A stretch of DNA of 64,000 nt from Allosphingosinicella sp. GTDB lineage: Bacteria > Pseudomonadota > Alphaproteobacteria > Sphingomonadales > Sphingomonadaceae. Below are positions 44,695 to 54,808 of this stretch, one piece after another. A model generated the notes under the pieces. It ran no database searches. It saw nothing but the letters and a program-made list of their open reading frames with translations, and had not been told where the DNA came from. The position numbers and the translations under genes are program-made. The DNA lies in assembly GCA_036269695.1 (NCBI GenBank), contig DATBDY010000045.1, positions 4,607 to 68,606 of the forward strand, given 5' to 3'. Position 1 is the first letter of the stretch. Every line of letters begins with the position of its first letter.

Positions 44695-45390
44695 GTGATC
44701 CGCGTCGCCAGCTATAACATGCGCAAGGCGATCGGCACCGACCGCCGCCGCCGCCCGGAGCGCACCCTCGATGTTCTTTGCGAGCTCGACGCCGATATCA
44801 TCGCCCTGCAGGAGGCGGACCGGCGCTTCGGCGCGCGCAGCAGCGCCATCCCCTTCCACCTGATCGAGGAGCATAGCGACTATAGGCCGGTGCCGTTCGA
44901 GGCGCGGGACGGCAGCATCGGCTGGCACGGCAACGCCCTGCTGGTGAAAAAGGACGTGGAGATCGCCCATAAGGAGATGCTCCACCTCCCCTCGCTGGAA
45001 CCCCGCGGTGCCGTGCTCGCCGACCTCACGGTGCGCGGGCAGGACGTGCGCGTCGTCGGCATGCACCTCGACCTGTCGGGCCTCTGGCGGCGGCGGCAGG
45101 CGCACCGCATCATCGGCTGCATCCAGAATCGCGAGGCGGCGATGCCGACGGTGCTGATGGGCGATCTCAACGAATGGAGCACCCACGGCGGCTGCCTGCG
45201 CGACTTCGCCCTTCACCTGCGCTTCGCCAATTGCGGCCGCTCCTTCCACACCCGCCGGCCGGTCGTGCAGCTCGACCGCATCATGGTGACGCCGGACCTC
45301 GCCATCGCCGAATGCGGCGTCCACCAGAGCGCGACGGCGCGCAAGGCGTCGGACCATTATCCGGTGTGGGCGGCGCTGGAGCGGGCCTAG
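44695..45390 (+). CDS. endonuclease/exonuclease/phosphatase (EEP) family protein
   Basis: Contains IRVASYNMRK, DIIALQEAD, GDLNEW and SDHYPVWA. Confidence 0.8.
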   Translation: MIRVASYNMRKAIGTDRRRRPERTLDVLCELDADIIALQEADRRFGARSSAIPFHLIEEHSDYRPVPFEARDGSIGWHGNALLVKKDVEIAHKEMLHLPSLEPRGAVLADLTVRGQDVRVVGMHLDLSGLWRRRQAHRIIGCIQNREAAMPTVLMGDLNEWSTHGGCLRDFALHLRFANCGRSFHTRRPVVQLDRIMVTPDLAIAECGVHQSATARKASDHYPVWAALERA

Positions 45391-45408
45391 CCGCCGCTGC
45401 GGCCGGAG

Positions 45409-47454
45409 CTAGGATCCGCCGAAGCTCTTCACCAGCTTCAGCCTGAACTCCGGCAGGCGCTGCCGGGAATCGGTATGTTGCTGGAGCAAGGGCGCCCGCA
45501 CGTCGTAATAGTTGTGCAGCGGACCGTATCCCTGCACTGTCGCCGTGACCGCCAGCTTACGGGTGAGGCTGTGCGTGTAGCTGAAGGTGGGCAGGAAAAA
45601 GGCGCCCGAGCGGCTCTCGAACGATCGCTCCGGGCTGTTGTAGTAGATCTGGAGCTGCGCGATATCGCCGGGGCGGCCGTGCCGGTCCGGCCCGTCCCAT
45701 TCGAGCGTGGAATTGGTGGTGAAGCGCACCGTCTCGGCGCTGGCGCTGCCCGCCACAGGGTCGGTCGGCACGCGGCTGTCGAACAGATTGATGCTGGTCG
45801 TCACCTTGACCCGGCGCAGGAGCGGCGTGCCGACGTCGAGCTCCGCGCCGCGATCCGTCTTGCGACCCGCATTGACCGTCGTCCCGACCTCGATACCGTC
45901 CGCATCCACGGAATAGGCCTGGCTCCACAGGTCGTGCGTCTCGCGGTCGTAGAGGATCAGCCCGACATCCAGCTTGCGGCGATGATAATGAAGATTGGCT
46001 TCGTAGGCGTCGGTCGACTGGTCGCGAAGATCGGGATTGCCCTGGGAGACCGACAAAGGATCCGTGACGACCCGATAGGGCCGCAGCTGGTCCAGCCCCG
46101 GCCGGTCGATGCGCCGGCTGTAGCTCAGGGTGAGAGCGACCGCAGCGCCGAAATGGTGTTCCGCGTGGAAGGTGGGGAACAGATCGGTGCGGTCGATCCG
46201 CACGTCCGGCCGGCCGGGGCTGGAGATGCGGCGGCTGTTCTGCTCCAGCCGGAGGCCGGGCATGATTGTCCAGCTCCCGATCGCCTGCTGGAAGGTCGCA
46301 TAAACGGCGCCGGTGCGCTCGACGCCGCGATAGGAGTCCATGGTGCTGAAATCGAGCGACGGATCGCCGGAGCCCGTGAATGTATAGTGGCGGTCCGTGT
46401 CCTGCACGTTCCAATGCGCCCCAAGCGACAGGATCTCCTTCTTGCCGATCGGATGCTCCCAATCGGCGCGGGCCGCGGCGAAGAGGGAGCCGTCGCGCCG
46501 GTCACTCGACAACGCGCCGCCGTCGCCGAGGTCCATCCTGTTGCGCAGCGCGATTTCGGGATTGCCGAAGATGTGCAGGCTGGCCTTCAGCGTCTCGCCC
46601 TGTTTCGCTCCCTTGTGGTCCAGCGCGAGGTCGGCGCCGACGAAGGACACGGTGCTGCGCGCGGCCTGGTGCTCGGAGAAGGACTGGAAATCCGGCGTCA
46701 GCCCCCGGAAATCGGTATCGGCGGTCGTCCAATTATACGAGGCGCCACCGAACCCCTGGAGCGAGACGCTGGTTTTCGGGTCCAGATCGTAGCCGATCTT
46801 GGCGTTGACGTAGCCGAAGATGACGCGGCCCGTTTCCTTTTCATCCTCGGTGTTGACGGTCGGCGTACCGCCACCGGCCGACTCGATGGTGCGTAAAATG
46901 TGGTTGGTGTTGTAATCGGTGCGGCCGTCGTCGCCCTCCGCCTGGAGATCGAAGGTCCACCGGCCCTGCTTCGATTTGACCGTGCCGTTCACTTGGCCGC
47001 GCCCGAAGCTGGACGCCTCTGCGCTGGCGGTGCCGGAGACTCCGTTCTTCTGCTTCCTCTTCAGCACGATGTTGATGATCCCGCCCGTTCCAAGCGCGGA
47101 ATATTGGGCGGACGGGTTGGTGATGATCTCGATCCGTTCGATGTCGCTGCCGTGGAGGGTGCGCAGATATTGGGCGACGTCGAGGACGTGGAGCGGCCGC
47201 CCGTCCACCATGATCGTCACATTGCCCGCGCCGAGCAGCATGACCTCGTCGTCGGGCGAGATGGTCACGGCGGGGAGCCCACGCAGCAGCTGGAGCGTGT
47301 CCTGCTGCGCCGCGTGCGGCGTCTCCTTCACCTGGTAGCTGCGCCGGTCGATCTTCTGGACCTGGTCCGGGCGGTTTCCTACCACTTCAATGACGTCGGA
47401 CTGATCGTCGTTCGAACCCGGCTGAACCACCGCCGGAGGCTGTGACGCGAACAT
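45409..47454 (-). CDS. TonB-dependent receptor lacking an obvious signal peptide
   Basis: Plug region (IEVVGNR, LLRGLPAVTIS, IERIEIITNPSAQY) and a long beta-barrel. An in-frame stop lies 5 codons upstream of the ATG. GGAGG SD is present. Confidence 0.75.
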   Translation of the reverse strand: MFASQPPAVVQPGSNDDQSDVIEVVGNRPDQVQKIDRRSYQVKETPHAAQQDTLQLLRGLPAVTISPDDEVMLLGAGNVTIMVDGRPLHVLDVAQYLRTLHGSDIERIEIITNPSAQYSALGTGGIINIVLKRKQKNGVSGTASAEASSFGRGQVNGTVKSKQGRWTFDLQAEGDDGRTDYNTNHILRTIESAGGGTPTVNTEDEKETGRVIFGYVNAKIGYDLDPKTSVSLQGFGGASYNWTTADTDFRGLTPDFQSFSEHQAARSTVSFVGADLALDHKGAKQGETLKASLHIFGNPEIALRNRMDLGDGGALSSDRRDGSLFAAARADWEHPIGKKEILSLGAHWNVQDTDRHYTFTGSGDPSLDFSTMDSYRGVERTGAVYATFQQAIGSWTIMPGLRLEQNSRRISSPGRPDVRIDRTDLFPTFHAEHHFGAAVALTLSYSRRIDRPGLDQLRPYRVVTDPLSVSQGNPDLRDQSTDAYEANLHYHRRKLDVGLILYDRETHDLWSQAYSVDADGIEVGTTVNAGRKTDRGAELDVGTPLLRRVKVTTSINLFDSRVPTDPVAGSASAETVRFTTNSTLEWDGPDRHGRPGDIAQLQIYYNSPERSFESRSGAFFLPTFSYTHSLTRKLAVTATVQGYGPLHNYYDVRAPLLQQHTDSRQRLPEFRLKLVKSFGGS

Positions 47455-47559
47455 GGAGCCCCTCCCCTAGACTGCATCAATAACGCCAGTTCAGCGCTGG
47501 GGAATTGCAAAAACCGAGGAACAGAGCTCTGCGGCGAAAGAAAAAGCCGCGCGAAATCG

Positions 47560-48810
47560 TCAGCCCCCCGAGCCCTCCGCCTCGGGCTGTTCGGGCGCAT
47601 CGGATTCGATGCCGAGCCAGTCCTTCGGGGGCAGGTGGTAGAGCATGTCCATCACTTCGAACTCGATGCCGCCCGGCCTGTTGGTGTTCGAGTTCCACAA
47701 GGCGACGACGCCGCTCTTCAGCGCCGGATCGAACATGATCAGCGAACGATAGCCCTTGAGGCCGCCGCGATGGGCGATGACGCGGTGACCGGCATAATCG
47801 TAGATCCGCCACCCGAGGCCATAGCTCGTCTCGCGCACGCGCTCGCGGAATTTGCGCATGCGGCCGGTCTCGCCGGGAGTCTTCACCCGCGCCTGCTGCA
47901 CGGCATCGAGCACCTTTTGCGGCAGGATCGAGGGCGCGAGGCCCATATTCGCCTGCAGCCAGATCGCCATGTCCTTGATCGTCGAGTTGACGCCGCCGGC
48001 GGCGGGGACGTGGTAATAGATGTCGGTCACCTCGACCGGCTTCGAATGCTTGCCGCCCTGGTGCGGCCGTGCCCAGCTCGGCGAATTCACCAGCGAATCG
48101 CGGTTGAGCGTCGCCGTGCGCATGCCGAGCGGCAGGAACAGGCGCTGGCGAACGACGTCCTCGTAACGCTTGCCGGTCAGACGCTCGACGATCTCCGACG
48201 CGGCGTCGTAGGCGACGTTCTGATAGGCCCAGCAGGTGTCCGGCGGGCAGATGGGATGGAGCTGGGCGAGGCTCATCCGAAGGAGATGCGGATCGACGCC
48301 TTCCTCCAGCTTCGGATCGTTGGCATGGCTGAACAGGCCGAGCCGGTGCGACAGGATGTCGGCCACCGTCGCCACATTCTCATTGCCGTTCGGCAGCTTC
48401 AGCGAAGCCGCATATTTGCCGGCCGGGTCACCCAGCGACAGCTTGCCCTCGCTCGCCAGCAAGGAGACGAGGTCCGCGGCGACGCCCTTGGAGACGGAGC
48501 CCCAGCGGAAGATTGTGTTGACGGTGACGGGATCGCCGCTCCCGGCGACGGTCTCGCCATAGCCCTTGAGGAAGCGGATCTGCCCGTTCTCGACGATGCC
48601 GACCGCGAGGCCGACCACGTCCGGCTTCTCGGACAGATCCTTCAGCCGCCGGTCGAACCGCGCATAATCGATGGCGCTGTCCGGCGCATTCTGGCGGTCC
48701 TGGATGGTCGCGATCTCGGCGGCGGAAATGCCGACGGGCGGCTGGGCGCGCACCGCCGCGCGATGAACGGAAATATGCGTGCCGGCCCAGATCAGGACGA
48801 TCAGAATCAC
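47560..48810 (-). CDS. serine hydrolase, beta-lactamase/PBP4-like family
   Basis: SxxK (WGSVSKGV) and YxN (WAYQNVAY). The true start may lie upstream of GTG 48810, because the frame stays open through a KRFK n-region. Confidence 0.8.
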   Translation of the reverse strand: MILIVLIWAGTHISVHRAAVRAQPPVGISAAEIATIQDRQNAPDSAIDYARFDRRLKDLSEKPDVVGLAVGIVENGQIRFLKGYGETVAGSGDPVTVNTIFRWGSVSKGVAADLVSLLASEGKLSLGDPAGKYAASLKLPNGNENVATVADILSHRLGLFSHANDPKLEEGVDPHLLRMSLAQLHPICPPDTCWAYQNVAYDAASEIVERLTGKRYEDVVRQRLFLPLGMRTATLNRDSLVNSPSWARPHQGGKHSKPVEVTDIYYHVPAAGGVNSTIKDMAIWLQANMGLAPSILPQKVLDAVQQARVKTPGETGRMRKFRERVRETSYGLGWRIYDYAGHRVIAHRGGLKGYRSLIMFDPALKSGVVALWNSNTNRPGGIEFEVMDMLYHLPPKDWLGIESDAPEQPEAEGSGG

Positions 48811-48923
48811 AAAGGCCCCGACGAATGCCGGGGCAACCTTAAAACGTTTCAGCGAACCACTCCTCGCCGGCTCGATTCAGGACTGGGCCGGCGCACCCGC
48901 GCCGGCCCAGCTCCCTTACGGCC

Positions 48924-50990
48924 TTACCAAATCCTGATGCGCTGTTCAGGGGGGAGATAGAGCTTTCCGTCGCGAACGTTGAACGCCTTGTACCAAGCGT
49001 CGAAGTTGCGGACGACCAACGGCCGTATCTGGCCCGGCGAATGAACGTCGACGGTCAGCAGCTGCTGCATCAGCGCGTCGCGGGTCTTCGTCCGCCAAAC
49101 CTGGGCATAGCCGAGGAAGAAGCGCTGATCGCCGGTATAGCCGTCGATCACCGGCGCCGGCTTCCCGTGCAGCGACATGTGGTAGGCGTCGTAGGCGATG
49201 GCGAGGCCGGCGATGTCGGCGATGTTCTCGCCCATCGTCTGCTCGCCCTTCACGTGCTGGCCCGGTATCGGCTCATAGGCCGAATATTGGGCGCCGAGTT
49301 TGTCGGTCAGCTTCTTGAAGGCGGCGATGTCGGCCGGGCTCCACCAGTCGGCGAGGTTGCCGGTCTTGTCGAACTTGCGGCCCTGGTCGTCGAAATGGTG
49401 GCTGAGCTCGTGGCCGATCACCGCGCCGATGGCGCCGTAATTGACCGCATCGTCCGCGTTCGGATCGAAGAAGGGCGGCTGCAGGATCGCGGCCGGGAAC
49501 ACCACTTCGTTCATCAGCGGATTGGCGTAGGCGTTCACCGTCTGCGGCGTCATGCCCCATTCGGTGCGGTCGATCGGCTGGCCGAGCTTGGAGATGTTGC
49601 GCCGATATTCGAACTGGCTGGCGCGCCCCGCATTGCCCATCAAGTCGCCCGGACGGATCTCCAGCGAGGAATAATCGCGCCACTTGTCCGGATAGCCGAT
49701 CTTCGGCGTGAAGGCGGCGAGCTTCTCGCGGGCCTTCGCCTTGGTCTCGGGCGACATCCAGGTCAGATTGGCGAGGTGCATGTCCATCGCGCGAATGAGA
49801 TTGTGGACCAGCTCGTCCGCCTTTGCCTTGGCCGCGGGCGGGAAGTAGCGGGCGACGTAGAGCTGGCCGATGGCTTCGCCCATGCCGCCGCCGACCAGGC
49901 CCGCGCCGCGCTTCCAGCGGTCCGGCAGTTGCGGCGTGCCCGACAGCGCCTTCGAAAACTCGAAGTTCGCGTCGACGAAGGCCTTGGGCAACAAAGGCGC
50001 CGCGTCGGACAGGGTGCGGAGGGTCAGATAATCCTTCCACGTGTCGATCGGCTCGGACTGGATGAGCTTGGCGGCGCCCTGGAGCGCGTCCGGCTGGGCG
50101 ACGATGAACCGCTGCTGTCCGCCGACGCCGGCCGCTTCGAGATAAGCGTTCCAATCGAAGCCGGGCAGCTTCGTCGCCAGCTCGGCGCGGCTCATCGGAT
50201 TGTAGATCTTGTCGATCTGGCGGTTCTGGATGCGGGTCCAGTGCGTCTGCGCGATCTTGGTCTCGAGATCGAGGATGCGCTGGGCGCGCGCTTCCGGCTC
50301 GCTATAGCCGGCGAGGCGGAACAGCGTCCCGACGTAATTCTTGTAGGCGGCGCGCGCCTCCGCGAATTTCGGATTGGTGAGATCGGTATAGTAATCGCGG
50401 TCGGGAAGGCCGAGGCCGCCCTGGCTCAGATAAGCCGAATAATGGGTGTTCTCCTTGAGGTCGGGGAGCACGCCGATGTCGACCGGGGCGCCGATGCCAT
50501 ACTGACCGAGGGCGCCGAAGGTCTTGGCGAGGTCGGAGGTGTTCTGGATCGCCGCGATCTGGTCGAGATAGGGCTTCACCGGCGTGACGCCCTTTGCCTC
50601 GATCCCCGGCTCGTCCATGAAGCTCGCGTAGAAGTCGCCGACCTTGCGTTCGACGCTGCCAGCCGGCGCGTTGGCTTTGGCGGCGGTCTCGATCACGTCG
50701 CGGGTGCGCTGGGTGCTGAGCTCGTCGAGCACGACGAAGCCGCCCCAGATCGGCTTGTCGGCCGGGATCTGGGTGTTCTTCGACCAGGTACCGTTGGCGT
50801 AATCGTAGAAATTGTCGCCCGGGTTGACGCTGCGGTCCATGCCCGCAATGTCGAAGCCCCAGGTGCCGAAGGTCGGCTTGCCGGCCGTGGCAGCGGCAAC
50901 AGCGTGTGCATTCTGCGCGGAGAAGGCCGGAACGGCGCCGGCGGCGAGCGCGGCAACCGCCGCCCCGCAAAGAGCTATCTTCTTGATCAT
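48924..50990 (-). CDS. M13 family metallopeptidase (PepO / endothelin-converting enzyme-like)
   Basis: Signal peptide, HExxH (IGHELSHHFD) and ExxxD (GENIADIAGL). Confidence 0.9.
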   Translation of the reverse strand: MIKKIALCGAAVAALAAGAVPAFSAQNAHAVAAATAGKPTFGTWGFDIAGMDRSVNPGDNFYDYANGTWSKNTQIPADKPIWGGFVVLDELSTQRTRDVIETAAKANAPAGSVERKVGDFYASFMDEPGIEAKGVTPVKPYLDQIAAIQNTSDLAKTFGALGQYGIGAPVDIGVLPDLKENTHYSAYLSQGGLGLPDRDYYTDLTNPKFAEARAAYKNYVGTLFRLAGYSEPEARAQRILDLETKIAQTHWTRIQNRQIDKIYNPMSRAELATKLPGFDWNAYLEAAGVGGQQRFIVAQPDALQGAAKLIQSEPIDTWKDYLTLRTLSDAAPLLPKAFVDANFEFSKALSGTPQLPDRWKRGAGLVGGGMGEAIGQLYVARYFPPAAKAKADELVHNLIRAMDMHLANLTWMSPETKAKAREKLAAFTPKIGYPDKWRDYSSLEIRPGDLMGNAGRASQFEYRRNISKLGQPIDRTEWGMTPQTVNAYANPLMNEVVFPAAILQPPFFDPNADDAVNYGAIGAVIGHELSHHFDDQGRKFDKTGNLADWWSPADIAAFKKLTDKLGAQYSAYEPIPGQHVKGEQTMGENIADIAGLAIAYDAYHMSLHGKPAPVIDGYTGDQRFFLGYAQVWRTKTRDALMQQLLTVDVHSPGQIRPLVVRNFDAWYKAFNVRDGKLYLPPEQRIRIW

Positions 50991-51098
50991 TTTGGCTAAT
51001 CCCACCCCAATGAAGGTGTCGCGCGTTTACGCTCCAAGCGCCTGTTTGGAAAGCGCGTTTCGACGAAACGACAAAGTGCATGGAGAGCCGGCTCATGC

Positions 51099-51166
51099 TG
51101 CTCTCCGGCGAAAGCCGGAGCCCAGAGTTGAGTCTGTAACTGGACCCCGGCTTTCGCCGGGGATCA
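51099..51166. repeat. dispersed palindromic repeat, family A
   Basis: TGCTCTCCGGCGAAAGCCGGAGCCCAG ... CTGGACCCCGGCTTTCGCCGGGGATCA. Confidence 0.7.
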
Positions 51167-51179
51167 AATCGCGGCGGCG

Positions 51180-51671
51180 TCAGGCGACGTTGCGGACGAC
51201 TTCCAGACGGACCATCGCTTTGCCGGTGCGGACCATGTCGATGTCGCGCGCGGCGGCAACCGACATGTCGAGGATGCGGCTGTGTATGAAGGGCCCGCGG
51301 TCGTTGACGCGGACCAGCACCGAGCGGCCGTTGGAAAGGTTGGTGACCCGCACCAGCGTGCCGAGCGGCAAGGAGCGGTGGGCGCAGGTGAAGGCGTGCG
51401 GATCGAAGCGCTCGCCGCTGGCGGTGCGGTTGCCGGCAAGCTCGTTGCCGTAATAGCTGGCCTCGCCCTGGCCGACCGTCTCGAAGCTCTGCTGCGGCGC
51501 CTGCGGCATCGTGACGCTGTCGTTGAACGCTTGGGCAACGGCGCTTTCGAGGCTCTGCAGCTTGGGGCTGGCGGCAAGGTCGATCGCCTGCGCGGGCGCC
51601 GCGCTCATCAATCCGATGAGCGAAAGCGCGGCAATACGGCTCATGCCCTTGCGGCGCAGCCTGTCGATCAT
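51180..51671 (-). CDS. rlpA: septal ring lytic transglycosylase RlpA family protein
   Basis: DPBB pattern GEASYYGNELAGNRTASGERFDP ... CAHRSLPLGT.VRVTN ... V.VNDRGP. Confidence 0.85.
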   Translation of the reverse strand: MIDRLRRKGMSRIAALSLIGLMSAAPAQAIDLAASPKLQSLESAVAQAFNDSVTMPQAPQQSFETVGQGEASYYGNELAGNRTASGERFDPHAFTCAHRSLPLGTLVRVTNLSNGRSVLVRVNDRGPFIHSRILDMSVAAARDIDMVRTGKAMVRLEVVRNVA

Positions 51672-51845
51672 GGCGGGAACCCCCTCAGCCTCCGTTGATC
51701 GCGGGCGTAACGGTCGATTCTGAATGAGTCCCATGAGTCGCGGCGACTCGAACCGTTGCTGCGGCGAATCGAATTAACCTTCTGGGAACAAATTGCCGCC
51801 CCTGCTCCCGGGCGACGGCCGGGGGCCAGCGGCAGCGGCGCTTAT

Positions 51846-51872
51846 CTGGACGCCGGCTTCCGCCGGGGATCA
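51846..51872. repeat. family A repeat, single arm (half copy)
   Basis: Only CTGGACGCCGGCTTCCGCCGGGGATCA is present, with no partner arm nearby. Confidence 0.5.
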
Positions 51873-51914
51873 ACAGTCTCGACAGTCCCTGCTGCGACTG
51901 CCATCGCTCGGCCG

Positions 51915-54215
51915 ATGCGTGAGAAGGAACTGCGGCTGGCGCTGATCTGCTACGGCGGAATCAGCCTGGCCGTCTACATGCACGGCATCACCAAGGAGGT
52001 ATGGCGGCTCGCCCGCGCCAGCCGCGCCTTCCATGCCGGCGAGCCGCACAGCGAAGGCGGAAGCGAGCCGGTCTACCGCCGCCTCCTCCAGGCGATGGCC
52101 GACGAATGCCAGCTCGAGCTGCGCGTCATCGTCGACATCCTCACCGGCGCCAGCGCCGGCGGCATCAACGCCATCTTCCTCGCCGACGCGATCGCGACCG
52201 GCCGCTCGCTCGAGCCGCTGACCGAGCTCTGGCTGGACGTGGCCGACGTCGACAAGCTGATCGACCCCGAGGTCAGCGCCGTCTCGCGCTTCGCCAAGGC
52301 GGCCGCGGCCGTCCCCTTCGCCTGGGCGATGTCGCGGCGCGGCGATACGGTCGAGCAGACGGTCGAGGCCGGCCATCGCGAGGAGGTGCGCCGCAAGCTC
52401 GCCAATTTCGTCCGCGCCCGCTGGTTCGCGCCGCCGTTCAGCGGGGCCGGCTTCACCGAGCTCATCCTCGGCGCCTTCGACGCGATGGCAACGGGCCCGG
52501 CAAGCCCGCCGCTCCTGCCCGTCTACCAGCCGCTCGACCTGTTCGTGACCGTTACCGACTTCCGCGGCCATCCCGAGCGGCTGCGCCTCCATTCGCCGGC
52601 CGAAGCGATGGAGCGCGAGCACCGCATCACCCTCGCCTTCCGCAAGGAAGCGGGCGTCCAGTGCCAGCTCGCCGAACAGGCCGATCTCGTCTTCGCCGCA
52701 CGCGCGACGGCGAGCTTCCCGGGCGCCTTCCCGCCCTTCCAGGTCGGCGAGCTCGACGCCGTGCTGGAGAAGAAGCATCGGCACTGGCCCGGCCGCGAGA
52801 CCTTCCTCGCCCGCGCGCTGCCCCGCCATGTCGCGATCGGCGACGTCGAGGGCGCGGTGCTGATCGACGGCTCCGTCCTCGCTAACGCGCCGTTCCGTCC
52901 CGCCATCCAGGCGCTGCGCCACCGGCCGGCGCGGCGCGAGGTCGACCGGCGCTTCGTTTATGTCGACCCAAAGCCGGGCGAGCGCTCGGTGCGCCTCACC
53001 GACTCGGGCCGGGGCGAGCCCCCGGGCTTCTTCGCCACCATCTTCGGCGCCCTCTCCGACATTCCGCGCGAGCAGCCGATCCGCGACAATCTCGAGGCGA
53101 TCGAGGGCCGCTCCTCGCGCATCCGGCGGCTGACGCGGATCGTCGAGGCGATGCGGCCGGAGGTGGAGGCGGCGATCGAGCGGGCGTTCGGCGCGACCAT
53201 CTTCCTGCTGCGGCCGACCCGGAGCCGGCTCGCCGGCTGGCGCTCCAAGGCACAGACGGTCGCCGCCCGCGGCGCCGGCTTCGCCTATCCCGCTTATGCC
53301 CAGCTCAAGCTGTCGACCGTGGTGGAGGAGATGGCCGAGGAGCTGCTCCGCCTCGCCGGCGGCGGCGGCCGCGCACGGCGGGAGAGCTTCCGCCAGGCGG
53401 TGTGGACGGCGGTGCGGGCGCAGGGGCTCGCCGATCCAGCGGCGGCGACCGCGGCGGGGGCGAGCGAGGAGATGATCCGCTTCCTCCGCAATTTCGACCT
53501 GCCTTTCAGGGTGCGGCGGCTGCGCTTCCTCACCCGCCGCCTCTCCGAAATGGAGCAGCCGGACGACGCGCCGCGCCAGGCGCTCCGCCGCGCGCGCGAG
53601 GTCGCCTACGATTTCCTCGCCCGCTACCAGGCCGCAGCCTCGTTCGCCCGCCCCTCGCCCGCCTTCGCCGCGACCGAAGCCGAGCCGGGCCCGGCGATGA
53701 AGGCGCTCGCCGACTCGCTCGACCTCAAGCGGATCGACGACGAGGCGGACGAGAAGCTGACCGAGGTGCTCGCCGAATTCCCCAAGCCCGAGCGGCGCAT
53801 CCTGATCCTCGCCTATCTCGGCTTCCCTTTCTACGACATCGCCACCTTGCCCCTGCTGCAGGGCGAAGGGCTGGACGAGTTCGACCCGGTCAAGGTCGAC
53901 CGCATCTCCCCCGAGGACGCGACCGCGATCCGCGAGGGCGGCGCCGAGGCAACGCTGAAGGGCATCCAGTTCAACAGCTTCGGCGCCTTCTTCAGCCGCG
54001 CCTATCGGGAGAACGACTATCTCTGGGGCCGCCTCCACGGCGCCGACCGGCTGATCGACATCATAGTGTCGGCGCTGCCCGAGGGGATGTACCTGCCGCC
54101 GGGCATGGTGGTGGGGCTGAAACGCGAGATCTTCCGCGCGATTCTGGCGGAGGAGAAGCCGCGGCTGACGACGGTGCAGCCGTTGTTCGAGGAGCTGGAG
54201 CGGGAGGTGGGGTGA
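51915..54215 (+). CDS. patatin-like phospholipase family protein (large, DUF3376-type)
   Basis: Start at MREKELRLALICYGGISLAVY (oxyanion GG), GxSxG (GASAGG), catalytic DG (LIDGSVLANAP), and a long C-terminal extension. Confidence 0.8.
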   Translation: MREKELRLALICYGGISLAVYMHGITKEVWRLARASRAFHAGEPHSEGGSEPVYRRLLQAMADECQLELRVIVDILTGASAGGINAIFLADAIATGRSLEPLTELWLDVADVDKLIDPEVSAVSRFAKAAAAVPFAWAMSRRGDTVEQTVEAGHREEVRRKLANFVRARWFAPPFSGAGFTELILGAFDAMATGPASPPLLPVYQPLDLFVTVTDFRGHPERLRLHSPAEAMEREHRITLAFRKEAGVQCQLAEQADLVFAARATASFPGAFPPFQVGELDAVLEKKHRHWPGRETFLARALPRHVAIGDVEGAVLIDGSVLANAPFRPAIQALRHRPARREVDRRFVYVDPKPGERSVRLTDSGRGEPPGFFATIFGALSDIPREQPIRDNLEAIEGRSSRIRRLTRIVEAMRPEVEAAIERAFGATIFLLRPTRSRLAGWRSKAQTVAARGAGFAYPAYAQLKLSTVVEEMAEELLRLAGGGGRARRESFRQAVWTAVRAQGLADPAAATAAGASEEMIRFLRNFDLPFRVRRLRFLTRRLSEMEQPDDAPRQALRRAREVAYDFLARYQAAASFARPSPAFAATEAEPGPAMKALADSLDLKRIDDEADEKLTEVLAEFPKPERRILILAYLGFPFYDIATLPLLQGEGLDEFDPVKVDRISPEDATAIREGGAEATLKGIQFNSFGAFFSRAYRENDYLWGRLHGADRLIDIIVSALPEGMYLPPGMVVGLKREIFRAILAEEKPRLTTVQPLFEELEREVG

Positions 54216-54239
54216 AGAGCCGACGCAACCGCCGGCGCG

Positions 54240-54650
54240 TCAGCGCCGTGCCAGATAGGCGGCGACCAGCGCGACCAGCAAGGCCGCCGAAAACAGGGCC
54301 GGGATCGCGAAGATCAGGAACCAGGCGATCACGCCGTTGACCAAAGCGGCGAGCGCGAAGGCGGCGACCATCGGGCGCACCGGGGCGGCATCGGTCCGCG
54401 CGAGCGACGCCATTTGCCATAGCAATACCGCCTGCAGCAGCATGAAGACGCTGATCGACCAGCCAAGTCCAAGATAGAGGTCGAGATAGGACCGGCTGAC
54501 CCCCATGACGGGGAAGCGGGTCGTGGTCATCGCCCTCAGCACGGGATTGTCGGGCACCGGCGACCATTTGCTGAGGCCGCCGAGCGAATGCGCGGCGGCG
54601 AAGAGGAACGAAATCACCGAGGCGACGCGAAGCATCAAACTGGTTGTCAT
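54240..54650 (-). CDS. hypothetical integral membrane protein
   Basis: Start at MTTSLMLRV. Four hydrophobic segments. Confidence 0.5.
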   Translation of the reverse strand: MTTSLMLRVASVISFLFAAAHSLGGLSKWSPVPDNPVLRAMTTTRFPVMGVSRSYLDLYLGLGWSISVFMLLQAVLLWQMASLARTDAAPVRPMVAAFALAALVNGVIAWFLIFAIPALFSAALLVALVAAYLARR

Positions 54651-54808
54651 GAATAGTCCTCCCCGCACCTTTGTCGCACGGGCCATGCCGGACCTGTCAA
54701 ACCCTCAATCGGGGGTTACGGTGATCGAAGCGCCGGCAGAGACATCGTTAGACCGGACGCCGCGCCCGCTCAGGAAGGAAATAATCGGCTGCCGGGGCCC
54801 CGCCGCCC

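Noticed and set aside
51915-54215. Patatin-like phospholipase as a CBASS or other defence-system effector.
   Set aside because: There is no cyclase, sensor or other defence gene adjacent. The flanks are rlpA and a housekeeping-type membrane protein. The large DUF3376-type patatin is a common stand-alone chromosomal gene.
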